Below are positions 1 through 9,121 of a stretch of 64,000 bases of DNA, piece by piece; position 1 is the stretch's first letter; each line of letters opens with the position of its first letter. The stretch lies in NCBI GenBank assembly GCA_964564645.1, contig CAZMCV010000001.1:14066-78065 (forward strand), read 5' to 3'. The translations under genes and the position numbers were made by a program. The notes beneath the pieces were generated by a model, which made no database searches, was not told where the DNA came from, and saw only the letters and a program-made list of their open reading frames with translations. This stretch comes from an uncultured Acetobacteraceae bacterium (lineage in GTDB: Bacteria > Pseudomonadota > Alphaproteobacteria > Acetobacterales > Acetobacteraceae).

Positions 1-1047
1 CAGCCCAAGGCGCTCCCGCGCGATGCGGGCGACGATGTAGGGATGCGCGGCGATGGCGAGCACCTGGCGTGGCGACAGATCGCGCGCCCGCTTCACCCCG
101 ACGAAGCCGCGCAGCGCCCCGGCCGGCACCCGCCCCGCCCCTGCGCCCGGCCGCAGGAAGAGGTGATGGTTGGGCAGGCCGAAGCGCGCCTGCACCTCCC
201 GCCGCAGGGCCAGTCCGAGGAAGGCGCCCGGCCCGCCTGCCGACGGCCCGGCCGCGCCGAACCAGCCCCGCTCCGGCCTGCGGAAGACGGCCTGGCTGAA
301 ATAGCCGGCCGGGTGGTCCATCAGGTAGCGGCCGGTCGCGGCCGCGCCCCCGATGCCCGCCCCTGCCCGGGCCGAGTTCAGCAGCAGCCGCGGCGTCTCG
401 AGCGCGCCAGCGGCGAGGATGAACAGCCCCGCCTCGATTTCGGCCGTGCCATCGCCGCAGCCGATGAGCAGCCGCCGCGCCCGGCCCTCCCCATCGATCG
501 GCCGGAACGCCAAGCCCACGGCATGCAGGAGGCAGCGCGCACGGCCCTCGCGCACCCAGCGGAGCAGCTGGTCACGCGACGCCGTCGGCATGGGGGACAC
601 CCGGAAGAGCCGCGGCTCGAGCAACGCACCGGCCCCGACCGGCGCGGATGGCAGGTCTGGCGGCTCCGACCCCAGACCGAGCCAGCGTGCCGCCTCCGCA
701 TAGGGGCCGGCCAGGCGCGCCGCCGCGATCGGCCAGCCGCTGCCGGGGATCCAGGGCCGCGCCTCGAAGTCGATGGGATCGAAGGGGGCACAGACGCCAT
801 GCCAGAGATGGGCGCCACCGCCGAGCGCGATGGCGCGCGTCCGCGGCAGGCGGAAGGGCAGGCCCGCCTCCTCATGCAGGATCGGGGCGGGGGCGGTCGG
901 GTGCTCGCCGCCGGCCTCGACGAAGAGGACATCCAGCCCGGCCTCCACCAGCGCCCGGCCGGCCGCGATGCCGCCCATCCCGGCACCAACGATGCAGATC
1001 CCGGCCTGCACGACCTGCCCAGCGAACCGCCTGGCGTCGATCAGCAT
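1..1047 (-). CDS. FAD-dependent GMC-type oxidoreductase, N-terminal ~349 codons (3' end lies beyond the window start)
   Basis: Absent from the ORF track because it has no in-window stop. Translating from ATG at 1047 gives MLIDARRFAGQVVQAGICIVGAGMGGIAAGRALVEAGLDVLFVEAGGEH (GxGxxG Rossmann fold), then ..TRAIALGGGAHLWHGVCAPFDPIDFEARPWIPGSGWPI, as in GMC oxidoreductases. Confidence 0.7.
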   Translation of the reverse strand, partial: MLIDARRFAGQVVQAGICIVGAGMGGIAAGRALVEAGLDVLFVEAGGEHPTAPAPILHEEAGLPFRLPRTRAIALGGGAHLWHGVCAPFDPIDFEARPWIPGSGWPIAAARLAGPYAEAARWLGLGSEPPDLPSAPVGAGALLEPRLFRVSPMPTASRDQLLRWVREGRARCLLHAVGLAFRPIDGEGRARRLLIGCGDGTAEIEAGLFILAAGALETPRLLLNSARAGAGIGGAAATGRYLMDHPAGYFSQAVFRRPERGWFGAAGPSAGGPGAFLGLALRREVQARFGLPNHHLFLRPGAGAGRVPAGALRGFVGVKRARDLSPRQVLAIAAHPYIVARIARERLGL

Positions 1048-1289
1048 GGCGTGCCTGTCTCCGGCCGCCTCCGCCCAGCCGGTCCCGGCCCATCCGGGAG
1101 GCATGACTGCCGAACGTGCGCGAACCGACGAAACTCTTCCAGATGCGTGCCGTGGCGGCAATGCGCGTATCGGCCCGTCGCCGTCACGATCCTGCGATAG
1201 CATGTCGGCCCGCCTCAGCCTCCCGCGGGCATGGCCAACTTCGCGGTCTCTGGGCGGAGTGAAGTCGCTAGGGCATGCTCATGCGATGA

Positions 1290-1427
1290 TGCCCGAGCCT
1301 GCGCGAGGTGGAACTGATCCTGACCGAGCGTGGCATCGCCGTCACCCACGAGAGCATCAGGCAGTGGTGCCGCAAGTTCGGCGCCGACTTCGCCTGCAAG
1401 CGCCGACCGAAGCCGGGCGGCACCTAA
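1290..1427 (+). pseudogene. IS6-family transposase N-terminal fragment
   Basis: The frame opens after TGA 1287-1289 and reads CPSLREVELILTERGIAVTHESIRQWCRKFGADFACKRRPKPGGT*. This resembles the HTH part of IS6/IS26-type transposases. It stops where the IS630 relic begins. Confidence 0.45.
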
Positions 1428-2439
1428 GCAGAGATTCGCTGCTTGGCCAACGGATGGTGGTGGCGTGGATGGCCTGATGGAAGGCGTCGACGGTCTGGAA
1501 GGTCTGGTGTGCGAGGTGATGGGCCTTGAGGTCGCGCCAGGCGACCTCAAGGCCGTTGAGTTCGGGCGCGTATTTCGGCAGCCACTCGACGGTGAGCCAG
1601 TGTGCCCTGGCAGCGAGCGCAGCCCGCGACAGCCTGCTGGTGTGGATCGGGCCATTGTCCTCGACCAGCACGACCGGCTCGACTTGGGCCCGTAGACCTC
1701 GTCGAGTTGCTGCGGGTGGACGACGAAGTTGCCGCTGCGCTTGGTCGGGCTGGTATGCACGATCAACTGGCGGATGACGTGGTCGAGCGAGCCGAGCATG
1801 GCGATCTTCTTCGCCTGCCCGGGGGCCGGCACCCGCGGGTCGGCGTCGGCCTTCGCCCAGGCCCACGCCAGGTAGGGGTGGGCCAGCGCCTCGCTCTCGT
1901 CGCCGTACAGCAGCACGATGTCGCCGGCCTCGGCCTGCTGCTGGCGCAGCCGCAGGCGCAGTCCGACCTGCTCGACCTAGGCAGCCGCCTGGCTCCCCTT
2001 CAGCGTGTGCCGTGGCCGCCGCCAGTGGAACTTTTTTGCGCAGCGCCTTCGACAGTTGCGAGCGACTGATCCGCACGCCCTCGCGCGCTTCGATCTCGGC
2101 GCGCAGCAGGGCGATGGTCCAGTTCGGCCGATCTGCCACCGTCGCCTCCAGCAGCGGCGTCGCCACGCGCAATGCCGCCTCGCTCTTCACCGGCACCGGT
2201 CCGGGCGCCACCCGGGCATTCAGCGCCACCACGCCGCCGGACGCAAACAGGCTGCGCCACAGTCGCACCGTGTCTTCGCGGACCCCGAACGCCTGGCCGA
2301 TCCGCGCGCTGGTTCAGCCCGACAGCGTCAGCATCACCGCCCGGGCCCGGTCCACCTCGCCGCGATCATCCGACCCCGCCAGTGCTTCCAGGGCCGACCG
2401 CTCCTCCGCATCCGCCCGCAACGGCGACTTGCCCACCAT
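1428..2439 (-). pseudogene. IS630-family transposase, inactivated (element ends uncertain)
   Basis: Recognisable pieces lie in three frames: MVGKSPLRADAEERSALEAL.., ..NWTIALLRAEIEAREGVRISRSQLSKALRKK, LLYGDESEALAHPYLAWAW..IAMLGSLD, and VLVEDNGPIHTS..LTVEWLPKYAPELNGLEVAWRDLK. They are interrupted by an in-frame TGA, a TAG and at least two frameshifts. Confidence 0.75.
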
Positions 2440-2606
2440 CCCACCCACCCGCAAATCGACGCACAGCGATGCGCCAAGCTCACCACGGGTGGTGGCGTTC
2501 GGCGGCCGCGGGCCCCGCCGCGCCGTGGGCGGCTGAGCTCCGCAAGAGTCCAGGGCTGGAGAGGGCGGAGCCGGCCCCCCCCTTCCCCCCGCGCTCGGAA
2601 CGCGGC

Positions 2607-3356
2607 CTACCCGGCCGTCTCCGCCTCGCCGTCGATCACCGGCGACAGCAGCTCGTCGATCTGGACGATGCGTCGCTCCACCACCGCCAGCTCCTCGGCC
2701 AGGCGTACGCGCCGCTCGCCGAGCCGGGCCCGCTCCTCGCGTAGCCGCGCCCGATCCAGGCGCCCCGGCGGCGGCTCGGCCCCGTCGACCGGCACCTCGC
2801 GGCGGAGCTGCATGATCTCGCGGCGGGTCACATCAGGGCGGATCAGGCCCCTCTCCCGTGCCACGCGCAGCTGGGGCTCGCTCAGCAGCGTGATCTGGTA
2901 GGCGGTGCCGTAGCTGCCCGGGCACGCGGCCGCGGGGATCCGGCCGCCGTCCACTGCACGGGCGATCTGGCGGAGCTGCGTCGCCGTGGCATCGGAGAAC
3001 GGGAAGAGGCGCTCCGTGCCGTGCCGAAGCCGCGCGAACTCGGCCTTCGTCAGCTCGCCCTCAAGCGAGATTAGCGCCCGGCCGATAGCGAGAAAGGAAT
3101 CACGGGCGTCGCCCCATTCCTTTTGAATCTCGTTCCGGGTGCGGAGGATGCGCCGGACCTTATCCTGATCGTCCGGCAGACTCGTGCCGGCGAAGACCTC
3201 GCGGATGGCCTGCAGCATGGCAGGGTCCTCAGCGCCGAGCGAACGCAGCTCGGCCGCGCGCGGGTCCACCACGACCACCTCAGTCGCGGGGTCCTCCTCC
3301 GCCGCGAGGAACGCCTTCAGCGTGGCCTTCGACCGCTTTCCGGCGGCAGCGCTCAC
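2607..3356 (-). CDS. Partition-associated protein (putative ParB-analogue / centromere binder); family not firmly recognised
   Basis: A 249-aa ORF whose ATG overlaps the parA stop by 4 nt (3353-3356). It looks helical, with a C-terminal coiled coil (RARLREERARLGERRVRLAEELAVVERRIVQIDELL). The function is inferred from position only. Confidence 0.55.
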   Translation of the reverse strand: MSAAAGKRSKATLKAFLAAEEDPATEVVVVDPRAAELRSLGAEDPAMLQAIREVFAGTSLPDDQDKVRRILRTRNEIQKEWGDARDSFLAIGRALISLEGELTKAEFARLRHGTERLFPFSDATATQLRQIARAVDGGRIPAAACPGSYGTAYQITLLSEPQLRVARERGLIRPDVTRREIMQLRREVPVDGAEPPPGRLDRARLREERARLGERRVRLAEELAVVERRIVQIDELLSPVIDGEAETAG

Positions 3357-4045
3357 AGCTTCATCTCCCGGCGCACATAGGCCCAGATTTCTTCGAACGG
3401 CTCGATCCCGCGCGACTTCGAGTAGTCGAGGAGCGTCAGCCCCTTCGTGGAGGGCACGTGGATGTCCTCCAACTGCGGCAGCTCCGTCGGGCAGACCGAT
3501 CCGGCCTTCACCAGCACGCCCCGCATCCGGGCGTAGCTCGTGGTGCGGCGGTTGGCGCGGTTGAGGACGACCGAGGTCGTGAAGCCCTTCCCGGCCAGCG
3601 CCTTCACCCAGGGGGCAATGGATTCCACATCATCCTGCGTGCACACGGCCGGGACCAAGATCAGGTCGGCCGCCTCGCCGAGCCCGTCGATCGCCGGCAT
3701 GTGGTCCTCCACGCTCGGTGGCGTGTCGAGCACGGCCAGGCTGTAGCCCTCCGTCCGCTTCAGCGCCCCCCTCCAATCGCCGAGCGAAACGGACTCGACT
3801 GGCGTTTCGGCGAAGTCAGGGAAGGCCTCCCGCGTGCGGGCACGCCGCGCCGCCCACTTCGCCAGCGTCTGCTGCCGATCGAAGTCGAGCCCGATCGCCT
3901 TGACGCCGGCCTGCGCGGCGCTGACGAGTATGTGGCGGCTGAGCACCGACTTTCCTGCCCCGCCTTTCGGGCTGCTGATCAACAGGATACGGCAGCGCGC
4001 ATCCTTTGCCTCTGCGGCGCGCTGGCGCATGGCGGCCTGCGGCAT
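3353..4045 (-). CDS. parA: ParA-family partition ATPase
   Basis: Deviant Walker A (RILLISSPKGGAGKSVLS) and a Walker B-like motif (LAVLDTPPS). The likely start is ATG 4045 (or 4030), not the track start at 4126. Confidence 0.85.
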   Translation of the reverse strand: MPQAAMRQRAAEAKDARCRILLISSPKGGAGKSVLSRHILVSAAQAGVKAIGLDFDRQQTLAKWAARRARTREAFPDFAETPVESVSLGDWRGALKRTEGYSLAVLDTPPSVEDHMPAIDGLGEAADLILVPAVCTQDDVESIAPWVKALAGKGFTTSVVLNRANRRTTSYARMRGVLVKAGSVCPTELPQLEDIHVPSTKGLTLLDYSKSRGIEPFEEIWAYVRREMKL

Positions 4046-4135
4046 CCCCCGATCTCCCTTGATCCCCGTAGCCGCAATACATTTCCTTGCCACGCCGTGT
4101 CCACGATCACGCGCGGCTCGGGGCATAAAGCGGGA

Positions 4136-4149
4136 TTAGACATGTCTAA
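4136..4149. promoter_or_regulatory. Perfect 14-bp palindrome TTAGACATGTCTAA upstream of parA (candidate operator or centromere-like site)
   Basis: Read directly from the sequence, about 90 nt upstream of the proposed parA start. Only a single copy was seen. Confidence 0.3.
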
Positions 4150-4680
4150 CCGGCTCGCCCCTACAGGAGCATCGCAGGAGGGCCAACCTCATCCGGTGGC
4201 AGGCGCCCAAGACGAAGAAGATGAAGAGCCGCACGGACTGCCTCATCTCTCTACCGGCGGACCGACGCCGGAGTGGTCTCGTCGGAATGGATGTACAGCG
4301 TGGTCCTGCGGGCCCTCCAGCCGATCCGCTCGTCGCGGAACGCCCGCCCCCCGCGCCAGCGCGGACGCGACGATCGATACGGCCGCCAAGACAGCTATAC
4401 GGCACGCGATGGACGGCCCAGCGGCAGCCGCGCCGCTGCGCACCGCCTCTTCGGCTTCTTGCATCAGCTCGGCCTCGGGATGTATTGCAAGGTTCTCCGG
4501 TAGGTGCGCAAGGTACCGATGCAGGATGGATCGGCGCGCGTCAGGCGGCAATCGGAAGCAGCTCGGCGACGAAGCGGGCATGGGCCTGCATGTCACGTCC
4601 TCCTACCTACCTGACGTGCAGCTTCCTCATCATCGCCATCGCCTCGTAGCCCGCCAGCGTTCGGTCGTGCCCCGGCGCGT

Positions 4681-5845
4681 GGTGTAAGAGCGCCGATCCT
4701 TGGAGAGGCTTGAGGCTGGATCAGGCGACCACGGCGGGCAGCTTGAAGGTGTCATTACGCAGGACGCGCGTGAGGGCTTCCCGGCTCATGTATCGGCGTG
4801 CGACGGCCCACTCATCGTTGATCTCGTGCATCTGCGCGCCGACGAGGCGGATGATGGCCTCGTCATCGGGAAAGATGCCGACGACATCGGTGCGGCGCTG
4901 CACCTGCTTGTTCAGGCGTTCCAGGGGAGGAGTGCTGGCGATCTGCGGCCAGTGCTCCTTGGGGGAGTCCATGTAGGCGAGGACATCCTCGCAGGAGGCG
5001 TCCATCATCGCGCTGAGCTTTGGCTGCTTCTCGCGGAGCGCGTCGGCGATGGTGTTCCACTGCGCTACGGCCTCGGCCTTGGTATCCTGCGCGAAGATGG
5101 TCTTCAGCATGGCGATGACGGCGGCGCGCAGGCCCTTGTGATCATCGGCGATGACGAGCCTGGCGCCGCGCAGACCGCGATCGGCGAGCGAGCGGAGGAA
5201 GTCGGTCCAGAACGTCTCCGCTTCGGACGGCCCGGTGGCGACGCCCAGCACCTCATGCTTGCCGTCCTCGTTGACCGCGACGGCGATTATCACGGCACGG
5301 CTGACGATCCGGCCGCCGTCGCGGACCTTGAGGTAGGCGGCGTCGAGCCAGAGGTAGGGCCATCGGCCTTCCAGGGACCGGCTGAGGAAGGCATTCACGC
5401 GGGTGTCGATCTCGGCGCAGAGGCGGCAGACTTGGCTCTTCGACATCCCGCCCGCGCCCAGCGCCTTCACCAGGTCATCGACGGCGCGCGTGGAGATGCC
5501 GTGGACGTAGGCCTCCTGCACCGCGGCCACCAGGGCCTTCTCGGTGGTCCGGGGGGCTCGAGGAAGGTCGGGAAGTAGGCGCCCTTGACCGCACCGGCCG
5601 CCACATCGGCCTCGGCCTCCATGATCCGATCGGCGGCGAAGGCCAGCATGTCGCGCACCAGGTCGGCGTCGGCGCCCTTCTTCACCAGGTCGAGAAGCGC
5701 CATCCTGTCCTCGGTCATCGTTGGTCTCCGGTTCGGTGAGAGGTCTCGCAACCCAAACCTAACGAAGATCGGCGGGTGACCGCCCACGACGCCGCCGGCC
5801 GCGCGCAGCGCTACGCCAGGGGCTCCGCGGGCGGCCTCTTACACC
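4681..5845 (-). mobile_element. IS256-family insertion sequence, shortened derivative
   Basis: Terminal inverted repeats are GGTGTAAGAG at 4681-4690 and CTCTTACACC at 5836-5845. The element encloses the transposase relic. I saw no clear target duplication. Confidence 0.65.
4721..5718 (-). pseudogene. IS256-family (mutator-type) transposase with internal deletion and frameshift
   Basis: The N-terminal piece is MTEDRMALLDLVKKGADADLVRDMLAFAADRIMEAEADVAAGAVKGAYFPTFLEP. It jumps straight from the GA.. motif to ..YFPTFLEP, so about 40 residues are missing. After a frame change it continues as AVQEAYVHGISTRAVDDLVKALG..WPYLWLDAAYLKVR..VIIAVAVNEDG (track ORF 4721..5530). Confidence 0.8.
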
Positions 5846-6212
5846 ACGTCAGGGGGCACAGACTCGCCGACTCGCCGGTGGCGCAGCCTCGGCACCCAGA
5901 TCCGATGGTGGAGGCGGTTCGCTGATCGATCTCCGAGGGGGCTGTCCTGCAGGCTGCCGAGCCCGAGCGGTGCAACGGCCGGGGGACGACGTGCACGTCA
6001 CGCTCCCGTGCCGCCTGGTGCTGCCCCTGACGGTCGAGGGCGTGCCGACCCGGGAGTCCGTGTTGCCGGATACGATATCGGTTGCAGCGGTCGAGGCTGT
6101 ATTGCACGGCCCGGCCCTGCCCGGTGCGACAATCGGCCGCGCAACCTCCTAGCGCTCTGCCGGCGCTGCCACCTGCTGCACGGCCGCGAGCGCCCTCGTG
6201 CCCGGCGCCGCC

Positions 6213-7097
6213 TCACCCTCCGGCGCCGGCACGACCTGGGGGAGCTCCTCGACAGCCCTCGTCGGCCGTCCCGATCTCCGCCGCATCGGCGGGGGCGGCG
6301 TCCGCAGACCCTCCGCGTTCGACCCGGATGGGCCCGAAGGCCTCCGGCTGGTCGAGCGCGAGCGTCCCGTCGCGGCTCAGCTCCAGCGCGGCCAGCAGCG
6401 TGCTGGCCAGCACGGCGCGGCGTTGGAGCGGGGTTGCCATGGCTCCCTCCCGGGCCGGGACGAGCTGAACCAGGGACGCTCCTCCCCTGGCCAGCTCCGG
6501 CAGCAGGCCGCGCAGATGCGCCAGCGCCTCCGGCACGCGCCAGAGCGGGGGGAGGCCGGGCCGATGGATCGGCACACCGCGGGCAGGCGCCGCGAGCAGC
6601 GTGAGGCAGGCGCGCAGCAGCGCCGTCAGGTCGGTGGCGGGCGGCGCCTCCGCCAGCGGCTCCGGCGCGCCGCGCGCAAAGACGTCGCGCCCGAGCTGCT
6701 GGCGCTGTTCCAGCCACGTGGCGGCGCGCCGCATGGCCTCCCGCTCCAGCAGCAGCCGGCGCATCGCCGCCGCGTCGCGCACCGCGGCCGCGTCCTCGGC
6801 CGGTGCCGTCGGCACCACCAGGCGGGCGCGCAGGTCCAGCAGCGTGGCGGCGGCGACCACCCAGCCGGCCAGCTGCGGCAGCGCCGTGGTCCGGGCCGCG
6901 ATCGCCGCCAGCAGGCGGGCCTCCAGCTGTGCGACGAGCGCGGCGGCGGAGAGCTGCGTCAGGTCGATGCGCTGCGCCCGGACCTGGTCGAGCAGCAGGG
7001 CGAGCGGCCCCTCCCAGCCGGCCAGGCGGAGCCTGCAGCGGTCGCCGCTGTCGTCACCCTCCTCCGCGAGAGGCTCGGGATCAGGGGGGGCCGTCAT
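6213..7097 (-). CDS. ScpA-like kleisin (segregation and condensation protein A family), orphan copy
   Basis: WEGPLALLLDQVRAQRIDLTQLSAAALVAQ.. near the N-terminus and ..RAVLASTLLAALELSRDGTLALDQPEAFGPIRV near the C-terminus match ScpA hallmarks. The start is ATG 7097, inside the longer track ORF 6213..7550. Confidence 0.7.
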   Translation of the reverse strand: MTAPPDPEPLAEEGDDSGDRCRLRLAGWEGPLALLLDQVRAQRIDLTQLSAAALVAQLEARLLAAIAARTTALPQLAGWVVAAATLLDLRARLVVPTAPAEDAAAVRDAAAMRRLLLEREAMRRAATWLEQRQQLGRDVFARGAPEPLAEAPPATDLTALLRACLTLLAAPARGVPIHRPGLPPLWRVPEALAHLRGLLPELARGGASLVQLVPAREGAMATPLQRRAVLASTLLAALELSRDGTLALDQPEAFGPIRVERGGSADAAPADAAEIGTADEGCRGAPPGRAGAGG

Positions 7098-7710
7098 AGA
7101 GCGGCCGCATGGCGAGGCGCAGCGCCGGCCAGCGGCTGCGGAGCGCGACGAGGGCGCGCCAGGGCGTCCAGTCGGCGGCCCAGAACCCCACCCGCCAGAG
7201 CCCGGCCCTCTGCCCAGCCCCCTGCCCGGCCCGCCCGGGCGGCGGCGGCACGACGACGCCGCGCAGCGCCTGGGTCGTGCCCCAGTGCGCCCACAGCCAG
7301 GCACGCGCCTCCGGGTGCCCGGGCCCGAGCCGCAGCAGCAGCGCCGGCACGGGCAGCAGCCGGTGCAGGTCGAGAGGACAGGCGCGATCGGTTTCGGCAC
7401 GCTCGCGGATCCGCTGCCGGCGGGCTTCGGCGGCATCCCGCAGCTGTCCGGCCAGGATCCGCGCCCCCTCGAGGCTGAGGCTGCGCCGCTGCGGAGCAGG
7501 GGGTGCCACGAGAAGATGGAACCAGTCCTCCGCCGCCGCACCGAAATCATCCGTCCAGGGGATCAGGCCGGGGCCGGCGGCTGCGGCCCGGAAGGCCGCG
7601 ACCTGCTCGGCATCGCCCTCCACCCGGAGATGGTGATAGAGCCAGTCCGTATGGGCGGGCGCGAGCACCGCGGCAGGCGCGTCGCCTCTCCCTGCCCCGC
7701 GCGTCGCCAT
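7081..7710 (-). CDS. Hypothetical 209-aa protein with a Trp-rich C-terminus; faint resemblance to DUF1281/Api92-like plasmid proteins
   Basis: This is the C-terminal part of track ORF 7081..8784, from ATG 7710: MATRGAGRGD..HTDWLYHHLRVEGDAEQVAAFRAAA..WLWAHWGTTQALRG..VGFWAADWTPWRALVALRSRWPALRL. The family call is from memory and weak. Confidence 0.5.
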   Translation of the reverse strand: MATRGAGRGDAPAAVLAPAHTDWLYHHLRVEGDAEQVAAFRAAAAGPGLIPWTDDFGAAAEDWFHLLVAPPAPQRRSLSLEGARILAGQLRDAAEARRQRIRERAETDRACPLDLHRLLPVPALLLRLGPGHPEARAWLWAHWGTTQALRGVVVPPPPGRAGQGAGQRAGLWRVGFWAADWTPWRALVALRSRWPALRLAMRPLYDGPP

Positions 7711-7724
7711 GGCCGCGGCCCTGG

Positions 7725-8735
7725 TCACAGGTCGAGCAGCCTGGTGGCGCTGTCGGTCACGAGCTTGGCGCGCCGGACATAGCCGCGCATGGTCTTGAGG
7801 TCGCGGTGGCGGGTGTGGTCCATCACCTGCTCGTCGCGCGCCCCGGCCATGTAGGCCTCGGTCACGAAGCCCGCCCGGAGCCCGTGCGGCGAGAGCCGCT
7901 CGCCGGCGGGCACGGTCAGCTTCGCCGCCGCGGCGCGCTTCAGCAGGATGTCGCGCACCGCATCGGCGCCGAGCCGGCGGTGCTCGATGCTGCCCCAGCG
8001 GTCGACCTTGCGGAACACCGGCCCGTACCGGCAGTCGGAGGCCGTGAGCCAGGCCTCGAGCGCGCGCACGGGGCAGGTCTCGCGCCGCTTGCCGCGGTTG
8101 ATGCCGAGCTCGACGCCCTTGCCCTCGGGGTCGGTCTTGGAGCTGGGGAGGAGGAGGCGCAGCCCCGCCTCCGTCAGGCGCAGGTGCTCGCGGTCGATCC
8201 CGACGAGCTCGGAGCGGCGCAGCGCCCCGGCGAAGCCCAGCAGCAGCAGCGCCCGGTCGCGCAGGCCGGCGAGGTCGCCGGGGCAGGCGGCGATGAGCGT
8301 CTTGAGCTCGGTGGAGGTGAGGGCCGCGGCCCGGCGCGGACGGCTGCCATGGCGGCGGTGGATGCCACGCAGCGTGGTGCGGATCAGCGGATGGCCCGCC
8401 GACCAGGCGAGGCCGCGCAGGCGATGCGCATGGCCGATGGCGGCGAGGCGCCTCTCCAGGGCCGAGCGGGAGTACATCCCGGCCAGCGCGGCGAGGTAGG
8501 CGGCCACCGCCCCCGGCTCGGCGGGCAGCGGCGCGCAGCCGGCGTCGCGGCACCAGGCCGCGAAATGCGCCCAGTCGGCGGCGTAGGCGCGCCGGGTCTC
8601 TGGCGCGAGCGCCTCGCGGGCATAGGCCCTGGCGGCGGCGATCGCCTCGGCCGCCAGGGGATGGACGGGCCGATCGGCATCGGTCGGTGCCGCCGGCACA
8701 GGGATGCCGTCGCGGGTGCGCGCGGCGTCGGTCAT
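7725..8735 (-). CDS. Tyrosine recombinase, Cre-like
   Basis: Motifs: ..TRRAYAADWAHFAAWCRDAGCAPLPAEPGAVAAYLAAL.., LLLLGFAGALRRSELVGI (Arg I), SPHGLRAGFVTEAY (HxxR), HTRHRDLKTMRGYVR (catalytic Tyr). ATG 8735 overlaps the vapC stop (ATGA). Confidence 0.9.
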   Translation of the reverse strand: MTDAARTRDGIPVPAAPTDADRPVHPLAAEAIAAARAYAREALAPETRRAYAADWAHFAAWCRDAGCAPLPAEPGAVAAYLAALAGMYSRSALERRLAAIGHAHRLRGLAWSAGHPLIRTTLRGIHRRHGSRPRRAAALTSTELKTLIAACPGDLAGLRDRALLLLGFAGALRRSELVGIDREHLRLTEAGLRLLLPSSKTDPEGKGVELGINRGKRRETCPVRALEAWLTASDCRYGPVFRKVDRWGSIEHRRLGADAVRDILLKRAAAAKLTVPAGERLSPHGLRAGFVTEAYMAGARDEQVMDHTRHRDLKTMRGYVRRAKLVTDSATRLLDL

Positions 8736-9121
8736 TCCGGCCCTCGCCCGAGCAGCGGCACGCCATAGGCGGCGACGGCGGCATCCTCGCTGACCAGGGT
8801 CAGGCCCTCGAGGCGGGCCTGGGCGATAAGCATGCGGTCGAAGGGATCGCCGTGATGGCGCGGCAGCCCGCCCGCCGCGATCGCATGGCCGGCGCCGATC
8901 GGCAGGAGCTCGAAGCCGGCGCGGGCGAGGATGGCGTCGAGCTCCTCGAGCGGGAATTCCAGGCGTCCCAGCGCCCGCTTGATGGCGATCTCCCAGACGG
9001 TCGCGGCGCTGACGACGATCGTGTTCTCCGGCGCGCGGAGCGCGGCCTGCGCCGCCGCCCCGAGCCGCCCCGGGTCGGCCGTCGCCCAGAGGAAGGCATG
9101 GGTGTCGAGCAGCAGCCTCAC
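8732..9121 (-). CDS. vapC: PIN-domain toxin VapC
   Basis: VRLLLDTHAFLWATADPGRL..VSAATVWEIAIK..HGDPFDRMLIAQARLEGLTLVSEDA. GTG 9121 overlaps the vapB stop (GTGA). Confidence 0.9.
   Translation of the reverse strand: MRLLLDTHAFLWATADPGRLGAAAQAALRAPENTIVVSAATVWEIAIKRALGRLEFPLEELDAILARAGFELLPIGAGHAIAAGGLPRHHGDPFDRMLIAQARLEGLTLVSEDAAVAAYGVPLLGRGPE

Noticed and set aside
2568-2590. A C8 plus C6 homopolymer patch downstream of the partition operon.
   Set aside because: It is in a non-coding 3' region with no adjacent start codon or promoter. It is unremarkable in DNA this GC-rich.
4243-4596. A 117-aa minus-strand ORF upstream of parA. In another frame, a 16-codon ORF (MQAHARFVAELLPIAA) follows a strong AGGAGG.
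   Set aside because: GC3 is poor and no family is recognisable. It may be the remains of a gene disrupted near the IS256 end. The evidence is not enough to annotate it.
5790-6212. I looked for a scpB gene downstream of the ScpA-like gene.
   Set aside because: No minus-strand frame gives a winged-helix ScpB-like sequence. The 98-aa ORF 5811..6107 has no features and overlaps the IS256 end.
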